Positions 9,569 to 18,531 of a stretch of 64,000 nucleotides of DNA are shown here, in pieces (positions within the stretch are counted from its first letter, which is position 1; each line of letters opens with the position of its first letter). The stretch is taken from sequence record NC_016163.1; one strand, 5' to 3'. The notes below the pieces were generated by a model. The model was not told where the DNA came from and ran no database searches. It worked only from the letters and a program-made list of their open reading frames with translations. The position numbers and the translations under genes were made by a program.

Positions 9569-9870
9569 TGAAATCTATTTTACGTTATAACGAAGACATT
9601 GAATTAGCAGTAAAAGGTGCTAGAAACAATCTTCAGGCAACATTTAAATTCACTCTTATGTCTAGTAGTTTAACTGAACTTTATGATAAGCAGTATCCTT
9701 ATGGAATAGATATAAAAGTAGAGAAACCTTTTGAATTAAACAATTTTGTTGGAAGGGGAATGTCTTCTATATCAAACTACTTTGTAGACATGGATGTTAA
9801 CCTTATGTATCCAAATGTATTACAAAGTTATGATCCTTCGCATTTAACGGAGAAGAAATTTTATATATGA
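9568..9870 (+). CDS. small hypothetical protein with a PolB motif-A-like segment (VDMDVNLMYPNVL)
   Basis: GTG start with AAGGGA SD. Confidence 0.7.
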   Translation: MKSILRYNEDIELAVKGARNNLQATFKFTLMSSSLTELYDKQYPYGIDIKVEKPFELNNFVGRGMSSISNYFVDMDVNLMYPNVLQSYDPSHLTEKKFYI

Positions 9871-10124
9871 GAAAAGTTACCAATGAAGATAAAATAAAAA
9901 TATCTTTTGATGATTTAGAGTATATGGTAGAAAGCGTTAATATAAAGAAAAATTTACTTCGTATGTCACCTAGCTTTAATATTTCTCCATTACTACAAGG
10001 ATTACATATAGCTTCACAAGCATTAGGAAAAAGTATGCAGAAAGGCAGTTTCTTAATAATTGATGAAGCTCCATTCTTACCACAAGAAATTCCTAAAGTA
10101 GAATATTTCTATGAAAATCATTAG
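9867..10124 (+). CDS. small hypothetical protein with a Walker-B-like segment (FLIIDEAPFLP)
   Basis: Array member; ATGA overlap. Confidence 0.7.
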   Translation: MRKVTNEDKIKISFDDLEYMVESVNIKKNLLRMSPSFNISPLLQGLHIASQALGKSMQKGSFLIIDEAPFLPQEIPKVEYFYENH

Positions 10125-10377
10125 TAGAAAAATAAGTATGGCGGCTTTCCCAGACATGGATAGAAAATACTTATTTGATGCATTATTTAGCGATCAGCCC
10201 AAACTAAATTTAAATTCCGATGTTTTATCTTTTGTAGATTTAAGAAAAGGATTTATTTTGAGTATGATTCAAGGAGGATTAGACGGATTTATGAATTTAT
10301 GGGTTAAAAGTCTAGGAGTAGCGGCTTTTTTAGAGAAGAAAATGTACTATGAAAGTAGAAAAAAGAACATCATATGA
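10111..10377 (+). CDS. small hypothetical protein (MKIIS)
   Basis: Array member. Confidence 0.7.
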   Translation: MKIISRKISMAAFPDMDRKYLFDALFSDQPKLNLNSDVLSFVDLRKGFILSMIQGGLDGFMNLWVKSLGVAAFLEKKMYYESRKKNII

Positions 10378-10558
10378 TTCATCTGTAATGCCTTCATGGA
10401 GCTTTATTCATAAGTATATAAGATATACTTTATTATGTCGTAAAGAAAAAGCCATGTTTTGTAGGGTGCGAACCCCTACAATCCAAGAAGTACCTTCTAC
10501 CTATGCATTACCGGAAGAGACATTTATTAATGTCATATTTGCAGATTACAAATGGTGA
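10349..10558 (+). CDS. small hypothetical protein (MKVEK)
   Basis: Array member. Confidence 0.65.
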   Translation: MKVEKRTSYDSSVMPSWSFIHKYIRYTLLCRKEKAMFCRVRTPTIQEVPSTYALPEETFINVIFADYKW

Positions 10559-10561
10559 TTT

Positions 10562-10948
10562 ATGAAAATTAGGAAAGAGAAAATATCAGAACCTACTGAA
10601 GATGTATATGGTGGATTTGTAAATACTTTATCTATATTCAAAAATGTACTTAATTCATTAAAAAAGAAAGAAAATAAAACCTTTACTAGATCAGAATTTC
10701 ATAGTGAAGTTGGCAGCAGTATAGATTTTTTAGAATTTGACAATATTTATAAAGCATTAGATATAAGAACATCTTTACCTGAAGTACTAGGTAAAGAAAT
10801 GGATAAAGTATTTCATTCGCTTCTTTCATCAACAGGTATTATGAGTCCTTTCTTCAATACTTCTCTTCCAAAATTATGGAATAGTACTAAAATAAATAAA
10901 GATATTTTCTCTACTACAATATTATATGAAAATAATAAAAGTAAGTAA
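10562..10948 (+). CDS. small hypothetical protein (MKIRK)
   Basis: Array member. Confidence 0.75.
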   Translation: MKIRKEKISEPTEDVYGGFVNTLSIFKNVLNSLKKKENKTFTRSEFHSEVGSSIDFLEFDNIYKALDIRTSLPEVLGKEMDKVFHSLLSSTGIMSPFFNTSLPKLWNSTKINKDIFSTTILYENNKSK

Positions 10949-11177
10949 AATTAAAGCATTGACAGAAATGCATAGGGATAGATATCGCTCTTCGGGATAT
11001 GAAAAAAGAACAATCTTTACCTATTTCCTTGATGAAGCTACTATAGGATTACGTGAACATCTCTCTAATATTGATAGATTAGAATTGACATGTAGAAGTA
11101 AGAAAATATTCTCGCCTTTTTACGATAAGTATATTGGAACGGAGAATTTTAGAGTAGTATTTATCGAGGGTAATTAA
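10926..11177 (+). CDS. small hypothetical protein (MKIIK)
   Basis: Array member. Confidence 0.7.
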   Translation: MKIIKVSKIKALTEMHRDRYRSSGYEKRTIFTYFLDEATIGLREHLSNIDRLELTCRSKKIFSPFYDKYIGTENFRVVFIEGN

Positions 11178-11446
11178 TGTATATACATTATCAAGGAATG
11201 GACAGAACTTACGTTTTATCCAACCGTAAAATGCTTTATGAACTAAAAAATAAAGTATTTAGATTAAGTTTTTTAAATGATACAGTTAGAGGTATTGAAG
11301 ATCATACTGACTTCTGTTTAGTTATAACTCATTTTAAAATTGATAAGCCTATCAGAGTTAAAAGATTAAGAGGCTGTCTCTTTATGGTAGTAGAGACTCG
11401 TATTTCTAAAAGCATTAATCTTAGAAATATCTTAAAAAAAGAGTAG
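11177..11446 (+). CDS. small hypothetical protein (MYIHY)
   Basis: Last array member; GAGGG SD. Confidence 0.7.
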   Translation: MYIHYQGMDRTYVLSNRKMLYELKNKVFRLSFLNDTVRGIEDHTDFCLVITHFKIDKPIRVKRLRGCLFMVVETRISKSINLRNILKKE

Positions 11447-11464
11447 AGATACTCTTTTTTTTTT
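11434..11464 (+). terminator. intrinsic terminator closing the mini-ORF array
   Basis: aaaaaaagagt / actcttttttt inverted repeat with a long T run. Confidence 0.75.
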
Positions 11465-11503
11465 GTAAAATTTCTATGATCCGATAAAAACTTTACAAAA
11501 ATA

Positions 11504-11515
11504 AACAAGAATTTA
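11504..11515 (+). promoter_or_regulatory. late-type promoter AACA-N6-TA (representative copy)
   Basis: Also at 13766, 36869, 45168, 46985, 53520, 56301 (+) and 33077-88, 34672-83, 36852-63, 53473-84, 61668-79 (-), mostly just upstream of virion or late genes; matches the AR9 non-virion RNAP consensus. Confidence 0.8.
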
Positions 11516-11547
11516 GTATTCTTTTAAAAACTTAAAGGAAATTTATA

Positions 11548-12654
11548 ATGATGTCTTTAACCAGTCTTCTATTAGAAGATGATAACGATGTTCTGTATAA
11601 AAATCCTCTTATGAAAGTAAAGAAACCTTATAAGTTTTATGGTGTATCCAACTATAAAGCTATTCAGGAAATTCTTTCATCGGGAGTGATTGATGCATCA
11701 CAATATCGTCTAAGAACAGATAAAGCTTATAGAGCTAATGATGCAGTATACTTTACAGATGATCTAGGAAGAGCATTTAACTGGTACGCTACTAAGCGTT
11801 CAGATGCCTTCAATGATTTATCTGGTAAGGATGCATTTGTATTTGTAATTAATCCAGATTATATTAACTGGAGCGAGGTCTACTTTGATGAAGCCGACTT
11901 CTATATTGCAGTACTAGGCGTTCTAGTATACAAAATGAATCAGGGTGAGAAACTTGAAAAGAAAGCTATTGAAACTAAGATTTCAGTAGATGAAAACAAT
12001 AACCTCAATATCCGAACTAAAGTAGATATTCATGCCAACCCACTAGCTAATAAGGTTTGGGAGCTTGCATTTAATACCGCTGGCAAGATTATCTCTGGAA
12101 AGGTGAGTACTATAGCTACACCTTTATTTGATATTCTTCGAAATGCTGATATTGATTTAAATGATCTTGTTAAGATTTCTTATGGTGTTAAGGCTAATAC
12201 GTATAAGAATATTCCTATGCGTTATAATAAACCTGAGTCATTCAATAAAGCTCTCAATATGTTTGATAAGCTTTATTCAAAAGATAAAGAGTTTGTTAAA
12301 TGGGTGGAAGAAATGAAGCTAGATATCCTAGCCGAAATGCCTCCCTACCAACTTAAAGCAAAAAATATCTTGATTGCTAAAAAGATTTCCCATCAATATC
12401 AGAAAATGCTATTGAAATTTATTAAAGAATTCTGCTCAAGCTTTGCATATAAAGGTAAACTTAATGTAATGGGATACTTCTCAGGTGATAGGGAAGCATT
12501 ATCTCTTGAAGTAGTTCAGAAAAAAATTGAGCATATCTCAGATAGATATCTTAAAACTACTGAACAAGACCATGCTATCAATGATTATATGAAACAATTT
12601 AATAAAAATAGTCTAGGTATCAAGTTTACTCTTCTTCAAAATAAAGGTGTATAA
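11548..12654 (+). CDS. ADP-ribosyltransferase-like fold protein, probably virion-associated
   Basis: KFYGVS..AIQEILSSG..AVYFTDD..AF.WYA resembles the ART HGT..I..G..vYft..A..YA pattern (His not conserved); late promoter. Confidence 0.45.
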   Translation: MMSLTSLLLEDDNDVLYKNPLMKVKKPYKFYGVSNYKAIQEILSSGVIDASQYRLRTDKAYRANDAVYFTDDLGRAFNWYATKRSDAFNDLSGKDAFVFVINPDYINWSEVYFDEADFYIAVLGVLVYKMNQGEKLEKKAIETKISVDENNNLNIRTKVDIHANPLANKVWELAFNTAGKIISGKVSTIATPLFDILRNADIDLNDLVKISYGVKANTYKNIPMRYNKPESFNKALNMFDKLYSKDKEFVKWVEEMKLDILAEMPPYQLKAKNILIAKKISHQYQKMLLKFIKEFCSSFAYKGKLNVMGYFSGDREALSLEVVQKKIEHISDRYLKTTEQDHAINDYMKQFNKNSLGIKFTLLQNKGV

Positions 12655-13262
12655 TGGTCACCCAATCCAAGCTGTTTCCCATTAAAACTCCTGATAAAAT
12701 GCGTCGTATACCATATATCTTTATATCTCATATGGCAAATTTTAGTCTAAAGTTTAATCCTATTGCACCATATTTAAAAAATTATGTAGCTGGATACAAT
12801 TTGGATAAGGTAGAATCATACTTCCTAGAAAACCTTGAAAAGAAACAATTACCATATCACTTTTATGTATGTTTTATTAAAGGTGATTGGAAGGTATTTA
12901 CGGGTGCCCCTATTAACTTTAGGAGTCCTTTACTTACTGAATTGTCTTCAGCAGGGTACATCCAGACTGCATATACTGAATCTATTGTAGTAGCTGTTCA
13001 GGATAACTTTTCGTTAAGAGTTCCAGACCAACGGTTACATGATATTATAGCTTCCAAGATTGTAATACCTTACAAACAATTACTACGAAATAAAGATTAT
13101 CTTGATTCGGTAGTATGGTTTGATGAAGCTTTTAATAAGCAACAATATGATTCAGATATGGAAAGATACACTTATCTGAGAAATAAATATCCCTTCCAAG
13201 TAACTGAAATGAAGTTCTTTGATAGGGTAATGTTTAATATAGCATGTAGGACTTACTCATGA
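12654..13262 (+). CDS. degenerate amidase_2/PGRP-like protein
   Basis: YIFISH..LPYHFYV..GAP..ESIVVAVQDNF..P follows the T7-lysozyme/PGRP pattern; C-terminal His/Cys zinc ligands not evident. Confidence 0.5.
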   Translation: MVTQSKLFPIKTPDKMRRIPYIFISHMANFSLKFNPIAPYLKNYVAGYNLDKVESYFLENLEKKQLPYHFYVCFIKGDWKVFTGAPINFRSPLLTELSSAGYIQTAYTESIVVAVQDNFSLRVPDQRLHDIIASKIVIPYKQLLRNKDYLDSVVWFDEAFNKQQYDSDMERYTYLRNKYPFQVTEMKFFDRVMFNIACRTYS

Positions 13263-13723
13263 CTGTAGGCGTAGATTCCATTTCCTATGAAGGATTTGAT
13301 AGTAGTAAATATGCTACTTTCCCAGAATCCATTGCAGATTCTAAAATAAATCCTTTGTTACTAGTAAATCTGTCGGATAAGCTAGTAACTAATTTGGATT
13401 CCGAAGAGATCATTCTTCAGGATCCAACATGTACCTTTAAAGATATGCTTCACTTCTTTAAACCATATTATACTCCCGTTCCAGTATTCCCATCTGAGAA
13501 GTACAGGCCCGAAATGACAGCCAAAAGACTATACGGAAGTGCTGATTTTTGGGAGATATTGCTACTGGTCAACAATATGTCAACAGTGATGGAATATGAT
13601 AAAGAAACTATCAATTACATCCCTAATGACAAACTAACGAAGATTACTAAATTTGTACAGTTACATAAAGGTATTTATCGTACTGTTCAAGAAGATGATC
13701 TAGCTAGTAAAGATTTGCTATAA
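13259..13723 (+). CDS. baseplate wedge protein, T4 gp53-like/LysM-like
   Basis: YRPEMTAKRLYGSADFWEILLLVN matches the RPD..A...YG....W.il..N pattern. Confidence 0.65.
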   Translation: MTVGVDSISYEGFDSSKYATFPESIADSKINPLLLVNLSDKLVTNLDSEEIILQDPTCTFKDMLHFFKPYYTPVPVFPSEKYRPEMTAKRLYGSADFWEILLLVNNMSTVMEYDKETINYIPNDKLTKITKFVQLHKGIYRTVQEDDLASKDLL

Positions 13724-13799
13724 AATAACCCATACCCCTTTTTTAGGGATATAGGTTAAACTCTGAACACGCTTATAGCAGATTATAAAGGTAAAACAA

Positions 13800-14438
13800 A
13801 TGATACTTACAGAAGAAGATGTATTGAATGAAATAGGATTTTATTCTCAAGATGGTAGAGTAACTGAGCTTCTAGAAGGGATAAGTTCGTTCGTATCCAA
13901 AGTATATAGAAAATTGCTCAATAGTATTCATCAATTATATGAGTTAGTACGTAAAATTGTGAAGACGGCTCTGAATCGTTTTAAGAATTCTAAACTTAAA
14001 ACTTATGCATTTGAATCGACTTACCAGTATTTATTAGGGTTATCTCTCAAAATCAGTCTAGTGCTACAAAAAATACTAGATAATAAAAAAGATCTGGACA
14101 TAGGTGCGGAAATTTTTATTTTAGAGAAAGCTCTTTTAGGTATAAAGATTTATAATGGTGGCATTACTATTATAAATAAAGTTTTTGATCGTAAAGTAGA
14201 AGTTACATCTGGTCAGATTAACAATATAACAGATACTCTTGATAGATCCTCCAAAGCTTTGAATAGATACCAATCTCAACTAATCTCTTATGCGAATGGA
14301 AGTCATCGTGACAAAAGCGATGAAGACTTTAAGTTACTTGTCAAAAATACCACCCGTATGGGTAATCTTGTCAGTAACTATGCACGAACAGCAAATAAAG
14401 TATCTATCTTTATTTTGAATTCAGCAGAACCAGTATAA
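13800..14438 (+). CDS. hypothetical late protein, possibly a head protein
   Basis: Own late promoter at 13766; N-terminal LTE/LNE motifs. Confidence 0.75.
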   Translation: MILTEEDVLNEIGFYSQDGRVTELLEGISSFVSKVYRKLLNSIHQLYELVRKIVKTALNRFKNSKLKTYAFESTYQYLLGLSLKISLVLQKILDNKKDLDIGAEIFILEKALLGIKIYNGGITIINKVFDRKVEVTSGQINNITDTLDRSSKALNRYQSQLISYANGSHRDKSDEDFKLLVKNTTRMGNLVSNYARTANKVSIFILNSAEPV

Positions 14439-14451
14439 AAAAAAGAAATAA

Positions 14452-14485
14452 ACTCCCCATACCCTCTTTCGAAGGTATGGGGAGT
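14452..14485. terminator. bidirectional terminator hairpin
   Basis: actccccatacc..ggtatggggagt between convergent genes. Confidence 0.85.
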
Positions 14486-14490
14486 CTTTG

Positions 14491-15276
14491 TTATGCTTCA
14501 TACATTTCAATAATACGTCGTACAATATCAGAACGAACAATGTCGTCAGAAGTGAACTCTACGAATCCAAAGTCACCTTTCTCAAAGATAGATGTATTAG
14601 TCCTATAACGTTTTTCAAGATCAGCTAAGCCGTTATCATGTTTCAGATTACCATTTGCTGTCTGTTTGATATCACCAGTAAGAATAGCCTTACTGTTTTT
14701 ACCAATACGAGTTAGAACCATATACATTTCTTGTGCAGTCATGTTCTGTACTTCATCAATAAGAATAACAGCGTTATCCCATGTTTGACCTTGTACAAAG
14801 TTAATTGCTACAGGAAATACCGACTTATTAAGACGAGCTTCATATCCACTCTTCCCAAAAGCCATAATCAAATGCTCTTTGAAAGGAACCAAATAAGGTT
14901 CGTATTTTTCATCAATGCTACCAGGGAGAAAACCCATACTCTTACCAATCTCTACGACTGGACGAGTCAAAATAACTTTATCAACTTCCTTATCGTTCAG
15001 CATTTGAGCTGCTTTTAAAGTAGCGACACAAGTTTTACCTGTACCTGCCGGGCCTTTTGCTACCGTAATGGTGTTAGAGACAATGGCTGCAATCATTTGT
15101 CCCTGAGCTTCAGTCTGAGCCGATAGTCTAGTCTTAAGATTTAGACTACGGTTATCATCATTTTTACCATAACGGCTTGTCTTTTTGGTAGTGCGCTTCT
15201 CGTATTTCGTAGAAGAATAACTCTCTTCTTCAACTACCATCTGCGCAGCGTTGTTGTTTCTTCTTTTACGACCCAT
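14491..15276 (-). CDS. phoH: PhoH-family ATPase
   Basis: GPAGTGKT, GFLPG..EK.EPY, QGQTW, ILIDEVQN, TRIG, GD..Q, DIVRS; start moved to the ATG after an AAGG SD. Confidence 0.97.
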   Translation of the reverse strand: MGRKRRNNNAAQMVVEEESYSSTKYEKRTTKKTSRYGKNDDNRSLNLKTRLSAQTEAQGQMIAAIVSNTITVAKGPAGTGKTCVATLKAAQMLNDKEVDKVILTRPVVEIGKSMGFLPGSIDEKYEPYLVPFKEHLIMAFGKSGYEARLNKSVFPVAINFVQGQTWDNAVILIDEVQNMTAQEMYMVLTRIGKNSKAILTGDIKQTANGNLKHDNGLADLEKRYRTNTSIFEKGDFGFVEFTSDDIVRSDIVRRIIEMYEA

Positions 15277-15304
15277 AGGTATATACCTTTTATGAAACAA
15301 ATAA

Positions 15305-15646
15305 CTATCTAATTGTTACTGCTTCTAAAAATATTTTTTCTTTTAGTTCTTGATTTACTATCATTTCTCCATAAAAAACACACGGAGACGAATCTATTGG
15401 AGATATAGCTTCATAAAATAATTCAACCCTTTCTTCTTTAGCAAAATAATCCGGATATGTATTACTATCCGTTAAATAATCATCGTCTGGATCTAAAGAA
15501 TAAACAGTTACTGGATTAATGGGAATATCTAATGCATCAGCATTATCATAATCACACAACCAAAAGTAATTACTGGTAAACCAATAAATCTTTTTACCTT
15601 TGTATAACTTACCAAATTCTTTTAATGGGTATTTTATTCTAACCAT
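15305..15646 (-). CDS. small hypothetical protein (MVRIK)
   Basis: Strong GGAG SD before the ATG at 15646. Confidence 0.7.
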   Translation of the reverse strand: MVRIKYPLKEFGKLYKGKKIYWFTSNYFWLCDYDNADALDIPINPVTVYSLDPDDDYLTDSNTYPDYFAKEERVELFYEAISPIDSSPCVFYGEMIVNQELKEKIFLEAVTIR

Positions 15647-15987
15647 TTCCCTCTCCTTCCAAAACAATCAAAAGATTCATGTATATCTATAGAACCATAT
15701 ACGGTTCTTTTATCCATATACTCAACTATATATTTGTAACTAATTTGAGAATCTTCTCCAATCATATAGAAAGGGAAATAGGTTTGAGAATCTTTTATAA
15801 AATTATCAATATTTTCAGATGAGTGATTTTCTATAAATTCATCTAAATGATTATTACATATCATTTCTTTATTATGAGTTAATACAGACATCTTATGTTC
15901 TATATACTCTATGATTATTTCACTTATAGCTTCATTAAATGGTTCATGCGATTTTAGAGATTCTTCCGTCAGTTTGAATATTACCAT
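15634..15987 (-). CDS. small hypothetical protein (MVIFK)
   Basis: Overlapping operon member. Confidence 0.7.
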   Translation of the reverse strand: MVIFKLTEESLKSHEPFNEAISEIIIEYIEHKMSVLTHNKEMICNNHLDEFIENHSSENIDNFIKDSQTYFPFYMIGEDSQISYKYIVEYMDKRTVYGSIDIHESFDCFGRRGKWLE

Positions 15988-16387
15988 CTATTACAATCTC
16001 CTTAGACAGTATTACTCTTGAATCGTAGATTTCCATTCTATGATATCTGAAATCTCCTGAACTATGAGATTCAGATATATAATATAAAATTTCTGAATAG
16101 AATTGTGAACCCACGAACCAAGGAGCAATAAATATATTTTGTGTATTAGAGAATTCATCATCTTGAATCATTTTATCTAATACATTGTCCTGTCCAAGAG
16201 TTATAAAATTCTCAAGAGCTAAATTTAAATCGTTTCTATATGTACTGCCAGAAGGTTCTTTATATTCGTCTAATAAGAATAAGTAATCTAAATAATCTCT
16301 AAATGTATCATCAATAAATCCTATATATCTTAATATCGTTACATTAGATGAATTAGACATTTTACCATTTATTTTGTATATCTTCAT
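15944..16387 (-). CDS. hypothetical protein (MKIYK)
   Basis: Overlapping operon member. Confidence 0.75.
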   Translation of the reverse strand: MKIYKINGKMSNSSNVTILRYIGFIDDTFRDYLDYLFLLDEYKEPSGSTYRNDLNLALENFITLGQDNVLDKMIQDDEFSNTQNIFIAPWFVGSQFYSEILYYISESHSSGDFRYHRMEIYDSRVILSKEIVIDGNIQTDGRISKIA

Positions 16388-16754
16388 GAGTTACCCTTAA
16401 TTGGATCTTATTTACATTCTTATTAAGTAAATAAAATTTGTTAGACGGATTAAAGTTCCTAGAAAATGAATGAACTATTCGATAAACGCTACAACTCTTA
16501 ATCATCATGCAATGCTGTATTACATCCATACTTTGAATATTATAAATAAATTTCTTATCTAATCGTAGTAGATTCCATATTCCTTGGGTGATAAATTGTA
16601 CAGCTCCGGCTTCCGTATCATCATTATCATAACTTATATTAATTAAAGAATAAAAAGTTATAACATGGAAAAAGTTTTCAATTACAGTTTCCATAGTAGG
16701 GGATGGATGGCTTATTGCATATGGTTTAGAAATATCGATTTGCATTATAAACAT
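16362..16754 (-). CDS. hypothetical protein
   Basis: Overlapping operon member. Confidence 0.7.
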   Translation of the reverse strand: MFIMQIDISKPYAISHPSPTMETVIENFFHVITFYSLINISYDNDDTEAGAVQFITQGIWNLLRLDKKFIYNIQSMDVIQHCMMIKSCSVYRIVHSFSRNFNPSNKFYLLNKNVNKIQLRVTHEDIQNKW

Positions 16755-17031
16755 TTGTCGTTAAAATCCTTATATAACCACCTTCATCAATTTCATGAAA
16801 ATTAGTATAAAACTCTATACATGTCAACCAGCCTTCATGCGTAGTAGCATTTTTTATTGAACTAATTGGATTCAGTCTAGAATAATGATCTATATGTGTT
16901 TCCCTTTTTACTATAGGTAGTACACTAGAATTCATTATAGTCATTTCGGCCAATAATTGAAAAATATTCATTTTACTAATAAAAAATGTATCTGAATAAG
17001 CATATTTGAAGTCAGTTTTTACTATTTTCAT
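16726..17031 (-). CDS. small hypothetical protein (MKIVK)
   Basis: AAGGA SD. Confidence 0.75.
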   Translation of the reverse strand: MKIVKTDFKYAYSDTFFISKMNIFQLLAEMTIMNSSVLPIVKRETHIDHYSRLNPISSIKNATTHEGWLTCIEFYTNFHEIDEGGYIRILTTNVYNANRYF

Positions 17032-17054
17032 TTTGTAATCCTTAAAAAAATAAA

Positions 17055-17082
17055 CCCCTTATAGGCTCAAGCCTATAAGGGG
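17055..17082 (-). terminator. terminator hairpin
   Basis: ccccttatagg-ctcaag-cctataagggg stem with a minus-strand T run. Confidence 0.8.
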
Positions 17083-17091
17083 ATATTAATA

Positions 17092-17982
17092 TTAATCTTT
17101 GTTTTCTACTACAAGGTTAAATTCAAGATTATTGATTACACGTAATTCTGCATCGGCGAACTTTTGACCTTTGAGAATACGGTTTACCAGCTTAGTTGTA
17201 GTTTCACCTTCAACCGGATTATTCAAACACTCAACGATATAGTTGGTACCTGAACCAGCCGTATAAGACTGAATTACTAAGAAGTATAAATCAGGTACTT
17301 TCTCGAAGGAGAATTTCATACCAATCTTAAGATTTTCGGCATGAATAAGAGCGCCGCGAGAGATATTATCTTGAGCAGTAAGAATATCATAACGAACACT
17401 TACACCGATCTTACTATCAACATATTGAGTATCATTAGGAACACTAATAAACTCACCGATGTTAGAGAGAATGATAGTACGTTTCTGTACTGGTTCCTGA
17501 AGGAATACAATACCGCAACCACGATTCTCAACATCAGTAACCATGTTACCTTCATTGATGTTAAAGAGATTTGTTACTACAGGAATAGGATGCGAGTTCT
17601 CCCAAAGAAGAGGATTCTTCATAAGGGCTTTATTATTAGGTTGATCTTTAGTCATTTTGCATTCCTTAAATTTCTCGACTACTTCTGTGTCGAACTTGAT
17701 TTTATCAAAGAATTCAGCAACTGTTTGAGGCTGCTCATATGAAATTCTTATGACCTCGGCGATTAACTGAAACGGAGAGTTGTGACGTTTGAGGAAATCT
17801 AAATAATCTCTAACCGTTCCTTTTGGATGATATTTCTTAATTTTATATTCAATGCACTTTTTAAGATGCTTATTTCGAATATTCCTATTTTTACTAGGAG
17901 CCGAGAAGAAGGCTAATGCTAGATCAATACAGTGATATTCAATCTCTGTACATTTATCTATATCTCTTCCCAAATACTGCAT
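17092..17982 (-). CDS. hypothetical protein with a possible internal start at 17655
   Basis: 296-aa ORF; AAGGA SD before the in-frame ATG at 17655. Confidence 0.75.
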   Translation of the reverse strand: MQYLGRDIDKCTEIEYHCIDLALAFFSAPSKNRNIRNKHLKKCIEYKIKKYHPKGTVRDYLDFLKRHNSPFQLIAEVIRISYEQPQTVAEFFDKIKFDTEVVEKFKECKMTKDQPNNKALMKNPLLWENSHPIPVVTNLFNINEGNMVTDVENRGCGIVFLQEPVQKRTIILSNIGEFISVPNDTQYVDSKIGVSVRYDILTAQDNISRGALIHAENLKIGMKFSFEKVPDLYFLVIQSYTAGSGTNYIVECLNNPVEGETTTKLVNRILKGQKFADAELRVINNLEFNLVVENKD

Positions 17983-17988
17983 TGATAC

Positions 17989-18531
17989 TTATGCCTCAAT
18001 AAAATTATTATTTTTCAGCAGTTCGATTACTTGTTCTACTGAAATATATTCACCATTTGCTACGCTGAATACGTGATTAGCGTAATGGAATACTGCACGT
18101 TCATGTGCAAGGAATTCATCATTGCGACCTTCACGACGAGCAGATTCAGGAATTTCATCAATGCCGATATCGATACCAATCACGAAAATTTCCATTTCAA
18201 GATTGGAAGATAAAAGATCTTCAATGGCTTCTTTTGCCAGAATAACTGTAGAAATTTTACCTTCTACAAAATCTGGGAAAGAGCCGTATTTATATTGAAA
18301 CTGAGAGTCCGGCTTATTACCTAAACGACCTACCAATTTCTCTTCAATATGATTATATGTTGCTTCTTGAAGGAAGAGATATGGATTACCAAATGTTTCA
18401 TTTGGGCGTTTAGGGCGCGTTGTTACTTGAGACCATTTATGAAATAGTTCAGGATGAAATGAAATCAGGTTACTTTCTAAAGTAGATTTACCGCTACCAG
18501 AAAGACCACAAATCACCAGTACTTTATTCAT
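17989..18531 (-). CDS. guanylate-kinase-like P-loop nucleotide kinase
   Basis: GLSGSGKST Walker A; VTTRPKRPNE..G..Y.F GMK signature; AAGGAG SD. Confidence 0.85.
   Translation of the reverse strand: MNKVLVICGLSGSGKSTLESNLISFHPELFHKWSQVTTRPKRPNETFGNPYLFLQEATYNHIEEKLVGRLGNKPDSQFQYKYGSFPDFVEGKISTVILAKEAIEDLLSSNLEMEIFVIGIDIGIDEIPESARREGRNDEFLAHERAVFHYANHVFSVANGEYISVEQVIELLKNNNFIEA

Larger units (their letters stand above)
103..11446 (+). other. Array of about 44 tightly packed small ORFs (about 60-180 aa)
   Basis: Same-strand ORFs tile the region with start/stop overlaps and SD-like sites; internal ATATATTAT motifs at 2344 and 6620; terminators near 6583-6615 and 11434-11464. Confidence 0.9.

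Noticed and set aside
15296-15307. AACA-N6-TA pointing antisense into the early operon
   Set aside because: The motif is expected by chance many times in AT-rich DNA and has no gene downstream; kept only as a possible antisense promoter
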